The position numbers and the translations under genes were made by a program. Below the pieces are notes generated by a model, which was not told the origin of the DNA, made no database searches, and saw only the letters and a program-made list of their open reading frames with translations. From contig JALZVW010000070.1 in assembly GCA_023301745.1 (NCBI GenBank), positions 2,427-66,426 on the forward strand: DNA of 64,000 bases, in the 5' to 3' direction. The first letter of the stretch is position 1; each line of letters begins with the position of its first letter. Shown piece after piece: positions 19,726 through 29,724 of the stretch. The stretch is from Arenicella sp. GTDB lineage: Bacteria > Pseudomonadota > Gammaproteobacteria > Arenicellales > Arenicellaceae.

Positions 19726-20838
19726 ATGAAAATCGGTGTCCCTAAAGAAATCAAGAACCACGAGTACCGTGTAGGCCTAAGCCCTGCGAGCGCTAAAGAA
19801 TTATTAGCTCATGGCCACGAGATTATGATTGAAACAGGCGCAGCGGCCGGTATCGGTTTAAGTGACGATGTGTATTCAAACATGGGCGTAAAAATAGCCA
19901 GTACAGCTGAAGCCATCTTCGCCGAAAGCGACATGATCATTAAAGTGAAAGAACCTCAAGCAGCTGAGTGCACTCAGCTAAATAAGGGGCAGCTTCTATT
20001 CACCTATCTACACCTCGCGCCAGACCCAGAGCAAACCGCCGCTCTTTTGGAATCAGGCGTTACGGCGGTTGCTTACGAAACGGTTACAGGGCCAGGAAAT
20101 TCATTACCCTTGCTAGCGCCAATGAGTGAAGTTGCCGGTCGTTTATCAGCCCAAGCTGGGGCACATTGCCTAGAACGCGCACAAGGCGGTAGCGGCGTGC
20201 TGATGGGTGGCGTACCCGGGACACAACCAGCCAAGGTGTTCGTAATCGGTGGAGGCGTTGTAGGTCAAAACGCGGCATATATAGCAAAAGGCATGGGCGC
20301 TAACGTTACAATAGTAGATCGATCGATCCCAAGACTTCGTCAATTAGACGTTGAATTTGGTGGCCGCGTTACCTGTTTATATTCAACCAAAGAAGCGATT
20401 GAAAATAATTGCGCTGAAGCCGACTTGGTGATTGGCGCGGTATTACTGCCTGGCGCAAATGCACCAAAGTTAGTGACGCGAGAAATCATTAAGTCAATGA
20501 AATCTGGCTCGGTCATTGTTGATGTTGCGATCGACCAAGGCGGATGCTTAGAAACATCTAAAGCCACGACTCATCAAGACCCCACATTCGTTGTTGACGA
20601 TGTGGTTCACTACTGTGTAGCCAATATGCCTGGCGCAGTTCCACAGACATCAACCTACGCATTAAATAATGCGACGTTGCCATTCGCATTAAGCATGGCC
20701 AATCAAGGCTGGCAGAAAGCAATGCGTCAAGATGCGCATTTACTAAATGGCTTAAACGTACATGAAGGCATGTTAACTTATGAAGCTGTCTCGCAGGCTC
20801 AAGGCTTAGCCTTTGTTGACCCGGCGAGTTTGATTTAG
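19726..20838 (+). CDS. ald: Alanine dehydrogenase
   Basis: 'MKIGVPKEIKNHEYRVGL', the Rossmann motif 'VFVIGGGVVGQNAA' and 'VDVAIDQGGC' are typical of Ald. Confidence 0.93.
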   Translation: MKIGVPKEIKNHEYRVGLSPASAKELLAHGHEIMIETGAAAGIGLSDDVYSNMGVKIASTAEAIFAESDMIIKVKEPQAAECTQLNKGQLLFTYLHLAPDPEQTAALLESGVTAVAYETVTGPGNSLPLLAPMSEVAGRLSAQAGAHCLERAQGGSGVLMGGVPGTQPAKVFVIGGGVVGQNAAYIAKGMGANVTIVDRSIPRLRQLDVEFGGRVTCLYSTKEAIENNCAEADLVIGAVLLPGANAPKLVTREIIKSMKSGSVIVDVAIDQGGCLETSKATTHQDPTFVVDDVVHYCVANMPGAVPQTSTYALNNATLPFALSMANQGWQKAMRQDAHLLNGLNVHEGMLTYEAVSQAQGLAFVDPASLI

Positions 20839-20864
20839 CTTTCTACTAGGTCATTTCCGATTAG

Positions 20865-20892
20865 AGCCTTCGTGATTGCGAGGGCTTTTTTT
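20865..20892 (+). terminator. Rho-independent terminator of ald
   Basis: AGCCTTCG-TGATTG-CGAGGGCT (one G-U pair) followed by a T-run. Confidence 0.75.
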
Positions 20893-20975
20893 GGCTGTAT
20901 GTTGTTCTTTACACGGCCGAAAAAAAACCAAGGCTTTCCATCATAGCCAGCCATCAAATCTTACTTTAAGCAGGC

Positions 20976-21680
20976 CTACAAACTTAGCAGTTTTTTCAAC
21001 TCTACCGCATTTCGGCGACTCACTTCGATAGCTTGGCCATCACTCATAGTCAGGTCATAGCCGTCTGCGACACTTTCATCGATTAGCTGAATTTGGTTTA
21101 GATTGACAATGTATTGTCGATTGGCTCTAAAGAAACATGCCCTGGGAAGGCGGGCTTCAATGCTACTCAAGGCTTTTTTGATAAACGGTTTATGTGATTC
21201 AAAAAAAACTCGTGAATGATTTTTGCAGCTCTCAAAATAACGAATATCCTGAACGGATACGAGATGGCATTCATCGCCGTCATTAATGAAAATTTTGCTG
21301 CCCATTTCCAATAATTGCGCAACTGAACTAGCGTCTCGTGAACCTAGTTTGTCGACGGCAGTAGCTAGCCTTTCGGGACTAATTGGCTTCAAAAGGTAGT
21401 CAACCGGGCTGTAATCGAACGAACGATACGCATACTCAGAGTACGCCGTTGTAAAGATAACTTGAGGTATATAGTCAAGCTGATCTAACAGGTCGAAGCC
21501 GCTTTGGCCTGGCATGTGAATGTCTAAAAAAACGACATCAGGTCGCTTTTCAATAATTAAGGTAAGCGCGGAGTCAGGATGGTCTGCCGAACCAACAACA
21601 TCTAATTCCTTAAACTCAGACAACATGCGCAATAAGCCTTCGCGCGCCAATCGTGAGTCTTCAACTACAATTGCTTTCAC
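20976..21680 (-). CDS. LytTR/AlgR-family response regulator
   Basis: Receiver domain ('IVEDSRLAREGL...LDIHMPGQSGFDL') plus a C-terminal LytTR DNA-binding domain ('VSVQDIRYFES...FFRANRQYIVNLNQI'). Overlaps the kinase gene by 4 nt. Confidence 0.85.
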   Translation of the reverse strand: MKAIVVEDSRLAREGLLRMLSEFKELDVVGSADHPDSALTLIIEKRPDVVFLDIHMPGQSGFDLLDQLDYIPQVIFTTAYSEYAYRSFDYSPVDYLLKPISPERLATAVDKLGSRDASSVAQLLEMGSKIFINDGDECHLVSVQDIRYFESCKNHSRVFFESHKPFIKKALSSIEARLPRACFFRANRQYIVNLNQIQLIDESVADGYDLTMSDGQAIEVSRRNAVELKKLLSL

Positions 21681-22879
21681 TTGTCTGACCCTTGGGGAAT
21701 AGTAACGGTTACATAGAAACGATTCTCTGTAACCTCGGTTTCAATCGAGCCGTGGCCGGCATAAAGTAAATCTAAACGTTGGCCGATATTGAACAAACCA
21801 ATACCCGGCTCGCTGCGTTTTCTCGTATAGTCTTCAGGAAGATCATTGCCAACGCGTATCGTCATCAACCGACCCTCGAGTGCCGCAGAGACATTAATTG
21901 TGCCGCCATCTCGGATATTGTCAATACCGTGTTTAACCGCGTTCTCTAATAACATTTGTAAAACCATCGGAGGTAGTTTACATACAAGAAGCGAAGCCGG
22001 TATATCGAGTTCAAACAACAGCCTTTCTTCAAATTGGATTTGAATCAAATCGATATAGCGGCGGCTTATTTCAAGTTCATCTTCAAGAAGCACCTTGTCG
22101 TTCTTTGAACTATCCAACGAATACCGCAATACGCTGGACAGTGACATCAACATTTTTTCAGCGTTAGCCGCGTCCTCATGAATCATAAACCGTATATTGT
22201 TTAATGCATTAAACAAGAAATGCGGGTTAAGCTGGTTGGCTAGACTCACCAGCTCTGCTTCCTTTAAACTGTTTTGAAGCCTCAAATTATCAACTTCAAT
22301 ATTTTTTGTTTTACGTCGACTCGTGATGCCGATATAAAGCATCATCCAGCACAGCAGATAAAACGCGGTAGTAAACCAATTTTGAAAAAAGAATTCAACA
22401 ACCACCTTAGCTGACGAAATACCTCCGTCTTGATAACTTCGGTAATAATAAAGGTCGTCAAAATATAAAGTCATTGTCACGGCTGACATAAGCACAACAA
22501 TAAAAAAACCAAAGAATACAGAGCTTGCGATGGTCTTAAATAAAACCATTGCGTGCGTCTGGGTTTCCCACTCAGCAGTTTTATAATGACTTCTCAATAT
22601 CAAACCAGAAAAGAAAAAACCCGCGCCCCATGTCATCCCAGCTAGCGTGTAAAAATCCCAGACTGACGTAGACCTAAGAATAGTGTTAAGCGCTAGATCA
22701 AAGAGTATCGCGATAATAATACCGCCCGTGTGGTAACTCCAAAAATCGGAGCTAGCGTCAAACAAATCGCTATTTAATAAAGAGCGAAGGCTCTTTAGAT
22801 ACGCAGTGAACTCAGCCCAGTTTTTTTGTACCTGAGGGTGATTCCAAGTTGCTTTAAGACGGGTGAGTATCACGTGCAC
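21677..22879 (-). CDS. LytS/YehU-type sensor histidine kinase (multi-TM sensor, His_kinase + HATPase_c)
   Basis: N-terminal polytopic region. 'QLNPHFLFNALNNI' is the signature of the LytS-type internal His-kinase region. C-terminal ATPase motifs 'LLENAVKHG' and 'PGIGLFN'. Confidence 0.8.
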   Translation of the reverse strand: MHVILTRLKATWNHPQVQKNWAEFTAYLKSLRSLLNSDLFDASSDFWSYHTGGIIIAILFDLALNTILRSTSVWDFYTLAGMTWGAGFFFSGLILRSHYKTAEWETQTHAMVLFKTIASSVFFGFFIVVLMSAVTMTLYFDDLYYYRSYQDGGISSAKVVVEFFFQNWFTTAFYLLCWMMLYIGITSRRKTKNIEVDNLRLQNSLKEAELVSLANQLNPHFLFNALNNIRFMIHEDAANAEKMLMSLSSVLRYSLDSSKNDKVLLEDELEISRRYIDLIQIQFEERLLFELDIPASLLVCKLPPMVLQMLLENAVKHGIDNIRDGGTINVSAALEGRLMTIRVGNDLPEDYTRKRSEPGIGLFNIGQRLDLLYAGHGSIETEVTENRFYVTVTIPQGSDK

Positions 22880-22897
22880 ATTAACATTTTATTGAAT

Positions 22898-23173
22898 TTA
22901 ATTAAGCGATTCGATCGCTGTATCAAGAACCGAGTTGATTGACTTCTTTGCAATGACAAGCGATTCCACGACCACCATTTTACAATGATAGGCTAACCGA
23001 TAGCTTGCGTTAAGTATCTCAGTATCGGCCTGCGCAACGGCGTGTTGAAGCGTATTAGCTCTTGCATCAAATGCCAGGTTTCCCGGGTTAATTGGAATAC
23101 GCTGGTAGACCACCGCTGCTCCCATGAATGCGACTAATGTTATCACCGCCCAGTTTGTTCGATTCATGACCAC
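22898..23173 (-). CDS. Small hypothetical protein with one N-terminal TM/signal segment, first gene of the putative LytS/LytTR operon
   Basis: 91-aa ORF 18 nt upstream of the kinase gene, on the same strand. It has a hydrophobic N-terminus 'WAVITLVAFMGAAVV'. No family recognised. Confidence 0.4.
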   Translation of the reverse strand: MVMNRTNWAVITLVAFMGAAVVYQRIPINPGNLAFDARANTLQHAVAQADTEILNASYRLAYHCKMVVVESLVIAKKSINSVLDTAIESLN

Positions 23174-23328
23174 CGCTCCTATTATTCACGTCGCATCTAA
23201 GTTTCAACACCGTCATTTTGACATAGTGACGCCCCAGCAGTAGAACAAGGTGCCGAGCGGCGACACTGGTGGATGAACGGTAGTTTTCTGTCTAAAGAAG
23301 GCTAGTTAGCAAGAACATAGGGGAAAAG

Positions 23329-23356
23329 TCGGTGCTTCTTAATCGGTGCTTCTTAA
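23329..23356. repeat. Perfect 2 x 14-bp tandem duplication TCGGTGCTTCTTAA
   Basis: Read directly; intergenic, about 155-185 nt upstream of the 22898..23173 ORF. Confidence 0.85.
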
Positions 23357-24080
23357 GGCCTCTTCTGGCCATCAAGCCGCGAACCGTAAGCAAGCCGTGT
23401 ACTCAGCAACTAAATCTTCAACGGTTTATTAATAGCTTGCAAGGTCGATGTCACGCGCCTAAAGCAGCTGATAAAAGGTTTATGGCGGAGCCATAGCCCG
23501 GCAGAGCAATAGCTCAATCTCGATACAAGGAAATGAATAGAAAAATGCGAGAAACGGACATTCATGTCCTTACGATAACGTACAACGCTGTAGGTTAAAT
23601 ACGAAAACAAAAAGACTCGCCCTTATTATTATTGTTAACGAGTCTTTTCATTTTCATGAGTCGTGCTATTAGTTGCACTCTCCTCACTCCTGGCGACTTG
23701 GACTAGACCAATGTCTGGAACGCAAATTACCTAAAATTTAGGTTCTTGTCTATGCTTTTATAACCAAATGTTACAACAGGTATGAACAAAAGTAATATTA
23801 TTGACAAAATGTCCATTTTCACACGATCGTCACACTTGAAAACTGGTCTAATGACCATTATTTACTGATAGAAAGGAGATTAAAGCACTCGCAAATTTGA
23901 GCCTGCCCGCTATAATATCAATCTAATTTTAGGCAGCCGCCAGCTTATTTTATAAGCCTTGCCTTACTTATAGGCGAGGGTTATTTATTTTGCGATTAGT
24001 CCCTTCACCATTTGTTAGATATCTAACCAACAAATCTCTAGAAACATTAAGCTTCTGGTAACAACACCTGATTGAATACG

Positions 24081-24974
24081 ATGAGTAAAGTACTAAGCTT
24101 CCAAGATATGATTCTGCGCTTGCAGCAGTTTTGGGCCGACAATGGCTGCGTGATCATGCAACCAATGGATATTGAGGTTGGCGCTGGCACGTTTCATTCA
24201 CCAACGTTTTTAGGTGCGATTGGCCCTGAACCACTGAACGCGGCTTATGTACAACCGTCACGCCGCCCGACCGATGGCCGCTATGGTGAAAACCCGAATC
24301 GCTTGCAGCACTATTTTCAATACCAAGTGATTCTCAAACCATCGCCAGACAATATCCAAGAACTTTATCTAGAATCTCTAAAGGAGCTCGGCATCGACAT
24401 GCTTAGTGATGATGTTCGTTTTGTAGAGGACAACTGGGAGTCGCCAACAATTGGCGCTTGGGGCCTAGGCTGGGAAGTTTGGCTCAACGGTATGGAAGTC
24501 ACACAGTTTACTTACTTTCAACAGGTTGGTGGTTTGGATTGCAAACCCGTTACCGGCGAAATAACCTACGGATTGGAGCGTATTGCTTTGTACCTCCAAG
24601 GCGTTGACAGTATTTACGACCTTAAGTGGACTGATGGTTTCACCTACGGTGATCTCTACCACCAAAACGAAGTTGAGCAATCTACATTTAACTTCGAACA
24701 TGCCAATGTTGAGGAACTGTTTCACCAATTCAGCGCCTGCGAAACTGAGGCGAAATACTTACTTGAACAAAAATTGCCACTACCGGCTTATGAGAAAATG
24801 CTTAAAGCGTCACACTGTTTTAACATGCTTGATGCCCGCCATGCGATTGGCGTGACCGAACGGGCTCGCTATATTGGCCGTATTCGCACCTTAGCCAAAG
24901 GTGTTGCTAAAGCGTATTACGAATCACGCGAGGCTTTAGGCTTTCCGCGCGGCCGAACAGCGGGAGACTCATAA
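24081..24974 (+). CDS. glyQ: Glycine--tRNA ligase alpha subunit
   Basis: Near-identical blocks to E. coli GlyQ: '[42 protein letters not shown]' and '[22 protein letters not shown]'. ATG at 24081 preferred; an in-frame TTG at 24072 is an alternative start. Confidence 0.95.
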   Translation: MSKVLSFQDMILRLQQFWADNGCVIMQPMDIEVGAGTFHSPTFLGAIGPEPLNAAYVQPSRRPTDGRYGENPNRLQHYFQYQVILKPSPDNIQELYLESLKELGIDMLSDDVRFVEDNWESPTIGAWGLGWEVWLNGMEVTQFTYFQQVGGLDCKPVTGEITYGLERIALYLQGVDSIYDLKWTDGFTYGDLYHQNEVEQSTFNFEHANVEELFHQFSACETEAKYLLEQKLPLPAYEKMLKASHCFNMLDARHAIGVTERARYIGRIRTLAKGVAKAYYESREALGFPRGRTAGDS

Positions 24975-27064
24975 TGACTGATACTCTCTTGATTGAACTC
25001 GGCACCGAAGAACTACCTCCGAAAGCATTGAAGAAGCTTAGTGACGCGTTCAGCCTTGAAATACTAAGCGGGCTAATTGAGGCTGAGCTAATCACTCAAT
25101 CTGATGCTGATGCGGCGTCGCCGTTTGCATCACCGCGCCGTTTAGCGCTAACGGTTCCCAATGTGATTCCATCTCAACCCGATCAAACTATTGAACGTCG
25201 TGGCCCGGCACTTCAAGCCGCTTTCAAAGATGATGGCCAACCCACACCAGCCGCAATGGGTTTTGCTAGATCGTGTGGCGTTGATGTTGAAAATCTTGAG
25301 CGGCTAAAGACCGATAAAGGTGAATGGTTAAGCTATAACCTCAAACAAACGGGTAAAACGCTTGCTGAACTGGTACCAAATATTATAGATCAGGCAATCA
25401 AACGTTTGCCAATCCCTAAGCGTATGCGCTGGGGTGACGGAACCGCGGAATTTGTGCGCCCCGTTAAATGGCTCATTGTGATGCACGGCAGCGATCTTAT
25501 ACCCGCCACTATTTTAGATATCAACTCAGGTAATAGCAGCCGTGGCCATCGCTTTCATAGTGACGGTGAGTTACTTATCTCGAGCGCCAATAATTATGAG
25601 CAAACCTTATTAGAACAAGGGCATGTGATTGCCAGTTTCGCTAAGCGCCAAGCCATGATTCTAGAGCAAGTTAAAACCGCGGCTTCTAGCGTAAATGGCT
25701 CTATTGAAGACGACCAAGCGTTACTCGACGAGGTGACAGGCTTAGTTGAGCACCCGACGGCCGTGATGGGTGGTTTTGACCGGAGCTTTCTCGAGGTTCC
25801 TCAAGAATGCCTTATCTCATCAATGCGCGACCATCAAAAGTATTTTCACGTTATTGATGCCGCTGGTAAATTAATGCCACACTTTATCACGGTCAGTAAC
25901 ATTCAAAGTAAGAACCCCGAGCAAGTTCGCTCTGGTAATGAAAAAGTACTTCGCGCTCGGCTATCAGATGCACAGTTCTTCTGGGAGACCGATCAGAAAA
26001 CCAAACTGATTGATCGTGTCGAAAGTTTAAGCAAGGTAACGTTCCATGCAAAACTCGGCAGCCTATTAGATAAGTCCAAACGAATACAAACGCTCGCAGG
26101 AAACTTAGCCAGCCGAATGGGCGGCGATGAAACGATAGCAATACGCGGAGCACTACTTGCCAAAGCTGATCTAGTGTCAGACATGGTTGGTGAATTCGAT
26201 GAACTTCAAGGTATTATGGGGCATTACTATGCCGATCGCGACGGTGAACCGGCGGCCGTCGGCGAGTGCGTAGAACAACATTATTGGCCTAAATTTGCTG
26301 GCGACCGCCTACCCACTAGTGCCGAAACTCAAGCCGTTGCATTGGCTGATAAGCTCGACAGTCTAGTGGGCATCTATGGGGCGGGAGAAGTGCCAACGGG
26401 AGACAAAGACCCCTATGGCTTGCGCCGTGCATCATTAAGTATTTTACGTATCTTGATAGAGCAACAACGGCCGTTTAAGCTGTCAGAATTAGTCGCTGAC
26501 TCGGCCACTATTTATTCAGATACGCAAGGCATTGAAATCGACGACGATACCCAAACCGCTATTGTGAATTTCATTCGTGGTCGCTTAACCGCCCTTTATC
26601 AATCGCAGAATATCAGTACGGCAACGATTAATTCAGTAATGGCGTGCAAGCCCGATAGCCCCTTAGATTTTGAACACCGAGTAAAAGCGGTACATGCATT
26701 TAGTCAAGCCCCTGAAGCGGCAGACTTGGCTGCGGCGAACAAACGAATCAGTAATATCTTAAAGAAACAAGCCAGTGATGTTTCTCTACAAGTCAGTGAA
26801 TCACGCTTGTCAGAAACCGCTGAAAAAGAACTTTTTTCAGCGATTCAAGGCATTGAAACTGATTGTGTTACGTTCTTTAACCAAGGCAATTATCAACAAG
26901 GCTTAGAAAAGCTAGCCAGTCTGCGTACGCCGGTTGATAACTTTTTTGAACAAGTCATGGTAATGAGCGAAGACGACGCTGAAAGACAAAACCGTTTGGC
27001 CTTATTAAAACGCATGCAAAGCTTGTTTTTGCGTGTAGCTGATATTGCCTTACTTCAAGCCTGA
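24974..27064 (+). CDS. glyS: Glycine--tRNA ligase beta subunit
   Basis: The ATG overlaps the glyQ TAA (TAATG). 'LLIELGTEELPPKAL', 'SPRRLAL', 'MRWG' and 'GFDRSFLEVPQECLISSMRDHQKYF' are typical of GlyS. Confidence 0.95.
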   Translation: MTDTLLIELGTEELPPKALKKLSDAFSLEILSGLIEAELITQSDADAASPFASPRRLALTVPNVIPSQPDQTIERRGPALQAAFKDDGQPTPAAMGFARSCGVDVENLERLKTDKGEWLSYNLKQTGKTLAELVPNIIDQAIKRLPIPKRMRWGDGTAEFVRPVKWLIVMHGSDLIPATILDINSGNSSRGHRFHSDGELLISSANNYEQTLLEQGHVIASFAKRQAMILEQVKTAASSVNGSIEDDQALLDEVTGLVEHPTAVMGGFDRSFLEVPQECLISSMRDHQKYFHVIDAAGKLMPHFITVSNIQSKNPEQVRSGNEKVLRARLSDAQFFWETDQKTKLIDRVESLSKVTFHAKLGSLLDKSKRIQTLAGNLASRMGGDETIAIRGALLAKADLVSDMVGEFDELQGIMGHYYADRDGEPAAVGECVEQHYWPKFAGDRLPTSAETQAVALADKLDSLVGIYGAGEVPTGDKDPYGLRRASLSILRILIEQQRPFKLSELVADSATIYSDTQGIEIDDDTQTAIVNFIRGRLTALYQSQNISTATINSVMACKPDSPLDFEHRVKAVHAFSQAPEAADLAAANKRISNILKKQASDVSLQVSESRLSETAEKELFSAIQGIETDCVTFFNQGNYQQGLEKLASLRTPVDNFFEQVMVMSEDDAERQNRLALLKRMQSLFLRVADIALLQA

Positions 27065-27091
27065 TTATTTGCTTTGCCAAACAATAAGCAC

Positions 27092-27649
27092 ATGAAGTTA
27101 GTGATTCTCGATCGCGACGGCGTTATCAATAAAGATTCGTCGTCATTTATCAAGACGCCAGACGAGTGGCTGCCGATAAAAGGCAGCTTAGAAGCAATCG
27201 CACGGCTATCACAAGCGGGCTATGAAGTCGTTATCATTACCAACCAATCAGGTATTGGTCGAGGCTTATTTAGTGCCGATATGCTGGCCCAAATACACGT
27301 ACGCATGATTGACTACGTACAACAACATGGGGGGAAAATTCAAAGCGTATTATTTTGCCCTCACCACCCCGATGATGGCTGCGATTGCCGAAAACCTCTT
27401 GCCGGCTTGTACCATGAACTCGCCGGCCGCTTGAACATCAACTTCAGTGGTGTTTTCTCAGTCGGTGATTCAATTAGAGATTTACTCGCTGCAAAAAGTG
27501 CCGGCGCTCAACCCGTTTTAGTGAAAACAGGTAACGGCAAAAAAAGCTTAAAACGCATTGCTAACGACCCTCAGGTAGACTTAGATGGCACGCTGGTATT
27601 CGATAATCTCGCTAGCTTTACTGACGCGCTCCTCAAGCAAGAAATTTAA
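27092..27649 (+). CDS. gmhB: D-glycero-beta-D-manno-heptose-1,7-bisphosphate 7-phosphatase
   Basis: HAD motif 'LDRDGVIN', 'VVIITNQSGIGRG', the zinc-binding 'CPHHP...CDCRKP' and 'VGDSIRDLLAAKSAG'. ATG at 27092 preferred over the TTG at 27074. Confidence 0.85.
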   Translation: MKLVILDRDGVINKDSSSFIKTPDEWLPIKGSLEAIARLSQAGYEVVIITNQSGIGRGLFSADMLAQIHVRMIDYVQQHGGKIQSVLFCPHHPDDGCDCRKPLAGLYHELAGRLNINFSGVFSVGDSIRDLLAAKSAGAQPVLVKTGNGKKSLKRIANDPQVDLDGTLVFDNLASFTDALLKQEI

Positions 27650-27681
27650 ATCAGTGCGATGACTTACTTACTATTTAAACT

Positions 27682-28377
27682 ATGATTTATATTCGATCGA
27701 TTTTGTTTTACCTAGGCGAAGCGCTGTCTACAATTCCCTTTATGTTCATCTCAATATTGGCGTTAGCATTTCCGCCAATTACGCGTTCGAGGATGATCGC
27801 CGGATGGGCTAAATTCGTCACCTGGTGGCTACGCATAACATGTGGATTGACGCATCGACTCGAAGGATTAGAAAATATTCCTGAAGAGCCTTGCGTATTC
27901 GCCTGCGCGCATCAGTCGACTTGGGAAACAATTACCACACAAACTTTCTTACCGGCGCTTGCTTGGGTGCTAAAAAAAGAACTACTGAGCATCCCTTTCT
28001 TCGGCTTAGGTTTGCGCGCATCTGGCCCCATTGCGATTGATCGATCAGATCAAAAGAATGCATTAGATCAAGTTGTTGAGCAAGGAATCGAAAAATTCAA
28101 AGAAGGCCGCTATGTATTGATTTTTCCGCAAGGCACACGCACGGCTTATGGTGAATCAGGCCGATACAAAAAAGGGGCGGCAAAATTGGCGATCGCCGCC
28201 AATAAGCCGATCATTCCAGTGGCCCATGATGCCGGCAAGTATTGGTCACGCGACAGTTGGTGGATTAAGCCAGGCACCATTCGCTGCAGTTTTGGCCCAG
28301 CGATTAGTGTTGAAGGGAAAACAGACACCCAGGTAACGCAAGAAATTCAAACGTGGATTGAAGCGCAAGGCTTATAG
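27682..28377 (+). CDS. Lysophospholipid (1-acyl-sn-glycerol-3-phosphate) acyltransferase, PlsC family
   Basis: N-terminal TM. The acyltransferase motif I variant is 'AHQSTWET', and motif III is 'IFPQGTR'. Conserved position after glyQS-gmhB. Confidence 0.8.
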   Translation: MIYIRSILFYLGEALSTIPFMFISILALAFPPITRSRMIAGWAKFVTWWLRITCGLTHRLEGLENIPEEPCVFACAHQSTWETITTQTFLPALAWVLKKELLSIPFFGLGLRASGPIAIDRSDQKNALDQVVEQGIEKFKEGRYVLIFPQGTRTAYGESGRYKKGAAKLAIAANKPIIPVAHDAGKYWSRDSWWIKPGTIRCSFGPAISVEGKTDTQVTQEIQTWIEAQGL

Positions 28378-28440
28378 CTAAGCAGGCGGTTAAATAATCA
28401 CCTAGAGCCCTCTCTCAACCAAGCTGCCTTCGAGAAATAC

Positions 28441-29637
28441 ATGAGTAAAAACACAGCACCACCGAGTATGTCGGGCCAAAGCACTAGTACAACTTCCGAA
28501 GATGCCGCAATTGCGTCAGCCGATGTTGCCGCGGAGATTGGAAACCAAGTTCCGACCTTTGCTGACTTATTACCCGACATTGCTAAACCCTATTGGGAGT
28601 TTGTACAGCAATACCCAATTATTGAAGCCGCTATTATTTTCATCATTTTCTGGACTTCGGCCTCTTTCATTCGGCACTTCGTACTTAATTTGATTCAGAA
28701 AGTCACCAGCAGAACTAACAGCCATCTCGATGACGAAGTTATAGCCGACCTTCGTAACCCGGTGTTTAATACAGTTCTTTGGTTTGGGCTAATCGTTGCG
28801 ACAAAATCAACTGGCTATGTAGACGGCCTTGCGGCGTACATAAGCCCAATTGCACTGTCGATGATCGTACTCATATGGACTCGCGCTACGATGACCATCA
28901 GCGGCAAACTGATTACGGCAATGTCGCGTGACCAGTCTCGCTTTAAAACAATGGATGTTCGTACCGAACCGCTACTCGTGATTACCAGTAAGATATTACT
29001 GATGATCGTATGCGCTTACTTAGTGCTGGTGATTTGGGGAATTAACCCAGTTGGCTTACTAGCCTCAGCGGGCATTGTTGGTATCGCGGTTGGTTTCGCG
29101 GCTAAAGACACCTTAGCAAATCTATTTTCGGGCGTTTTCATTCTCGCCGATCGACCTTACAAACTGGGCGACTACATCAATCTAGATAGTGGTGATCGAG
29201 GTAAGGTAACGCATATAGGAATTCGAAGTACACGGCTAATTACTCGTGATGATATTGAAGTAACCATTCCGAATGGTCTAATAGGCAACCAAAAAATCAT
29301 CAATGAAAATGGCGGGCCAGGACACTCGATGCGTATCCGCCTAGACCTTCAGTGTGCCTATGAGGCCGACCTAGACAGAGTTGAAGAAGTACTCATGGGC
29401 ATTGCGAGTGCGCATAAAGAAATAAAAAAACACCCAGCGCCAAGAGTTCGTTTTCGGGGCTTCGGTGATAGCGGCATTAACCTTCAACTAATGGGTTGGA
29501 TTGACGAGCCACAAGATCGTGGCCGAATATCTCATACCCTTTATAAAGAAATTCATTCTACTTTTAGACAGCACGATATCGAAATCCCTTACCCAAAGCG
29601 CGACATCACTATACTCGAGCAAAGTAACTCTGGTTGA
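28441..29637 (+). CDS. Mechanosensitive channel family protein (MscS family, extended N-terminus)
   Basis: Multiple TM helices, then 'GIAVGFAAKDTLANLFSGVFILADRPYKLGDYI'. Confidence 0.8.
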   Translation: MSKNTAPPSMSGQSTSTTSEDAAIASADVAAEIGNQVPTFADLLPDIAKPYWEFVQQYPIIEAAIIFIIFWTSASFIRHFVLNLIQKVTSRTNSHLDDEVIADLRNPVFNTVLWFGLIVATKSTGYVDGLAAYISPIALSMIVLIWTRATMTISGKLITAMSRDQSRFKTMDVRTEPLLVITSKILLMIVCAYLVLVIWGINPVGLLASAGIVGIAVGFAAKDTLANLFSGVFILADRPYKLGDYINLDSGDRGKVTHIGIRSTRLITRDDIEVTIPNGLIGNQKIINENGGPGHSMRIRLDLQCAYEADLDRVEEVLMGIASAHKEIKKHPAPRVRFRGFGDSGINLQLMGWIDEPQDRGRISHTLYKEIHSTFRQHDIEIPYPKRDITILEQSNSG

Positions 29638-29724
29638 TAACCGCAGCAGGATTGATCGATAAGAGCACAAGTAAAACACGCTAATAACTAGGCCAATCAA
29701 TCAAAGCGTGTTGGTCAACGGCGC

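Noticed and set aside
19552-19761. 70-codon N-terminal extension of the Lrp-family ORF
   Set aside because: It runs through the AT-rich promoter region and would overlap the ald start on the other strand. Lrp homology starts at the ATG at 19551.
23410-23610. 66-aa minus-strand ORF in the long glyQ-upstream spacer
   Set aside because: It has no RBS, its composition is odd (Cys/Arg/Ser/Phe-rich), and I recognise no family. It is treated as non-coding. The region is still flagged as a finding.
23174-24071. Possibility that the 0.9-kb spacer is oriC or a known housekeeping RNA (tmRNA, RNase P RNA, 6S RNA), given the Pseudomonas-like glyQS-gmhB-plsC synteny near the origin
   Set aside because: I found no TTATCCACA-type DnaA boxes or AT-rich 13-mer clusters. 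None of the conserved cores of tmRNA, RNase P RNA or 6S RNA are visible on either strand. dnaA and dnaN are not in the window.
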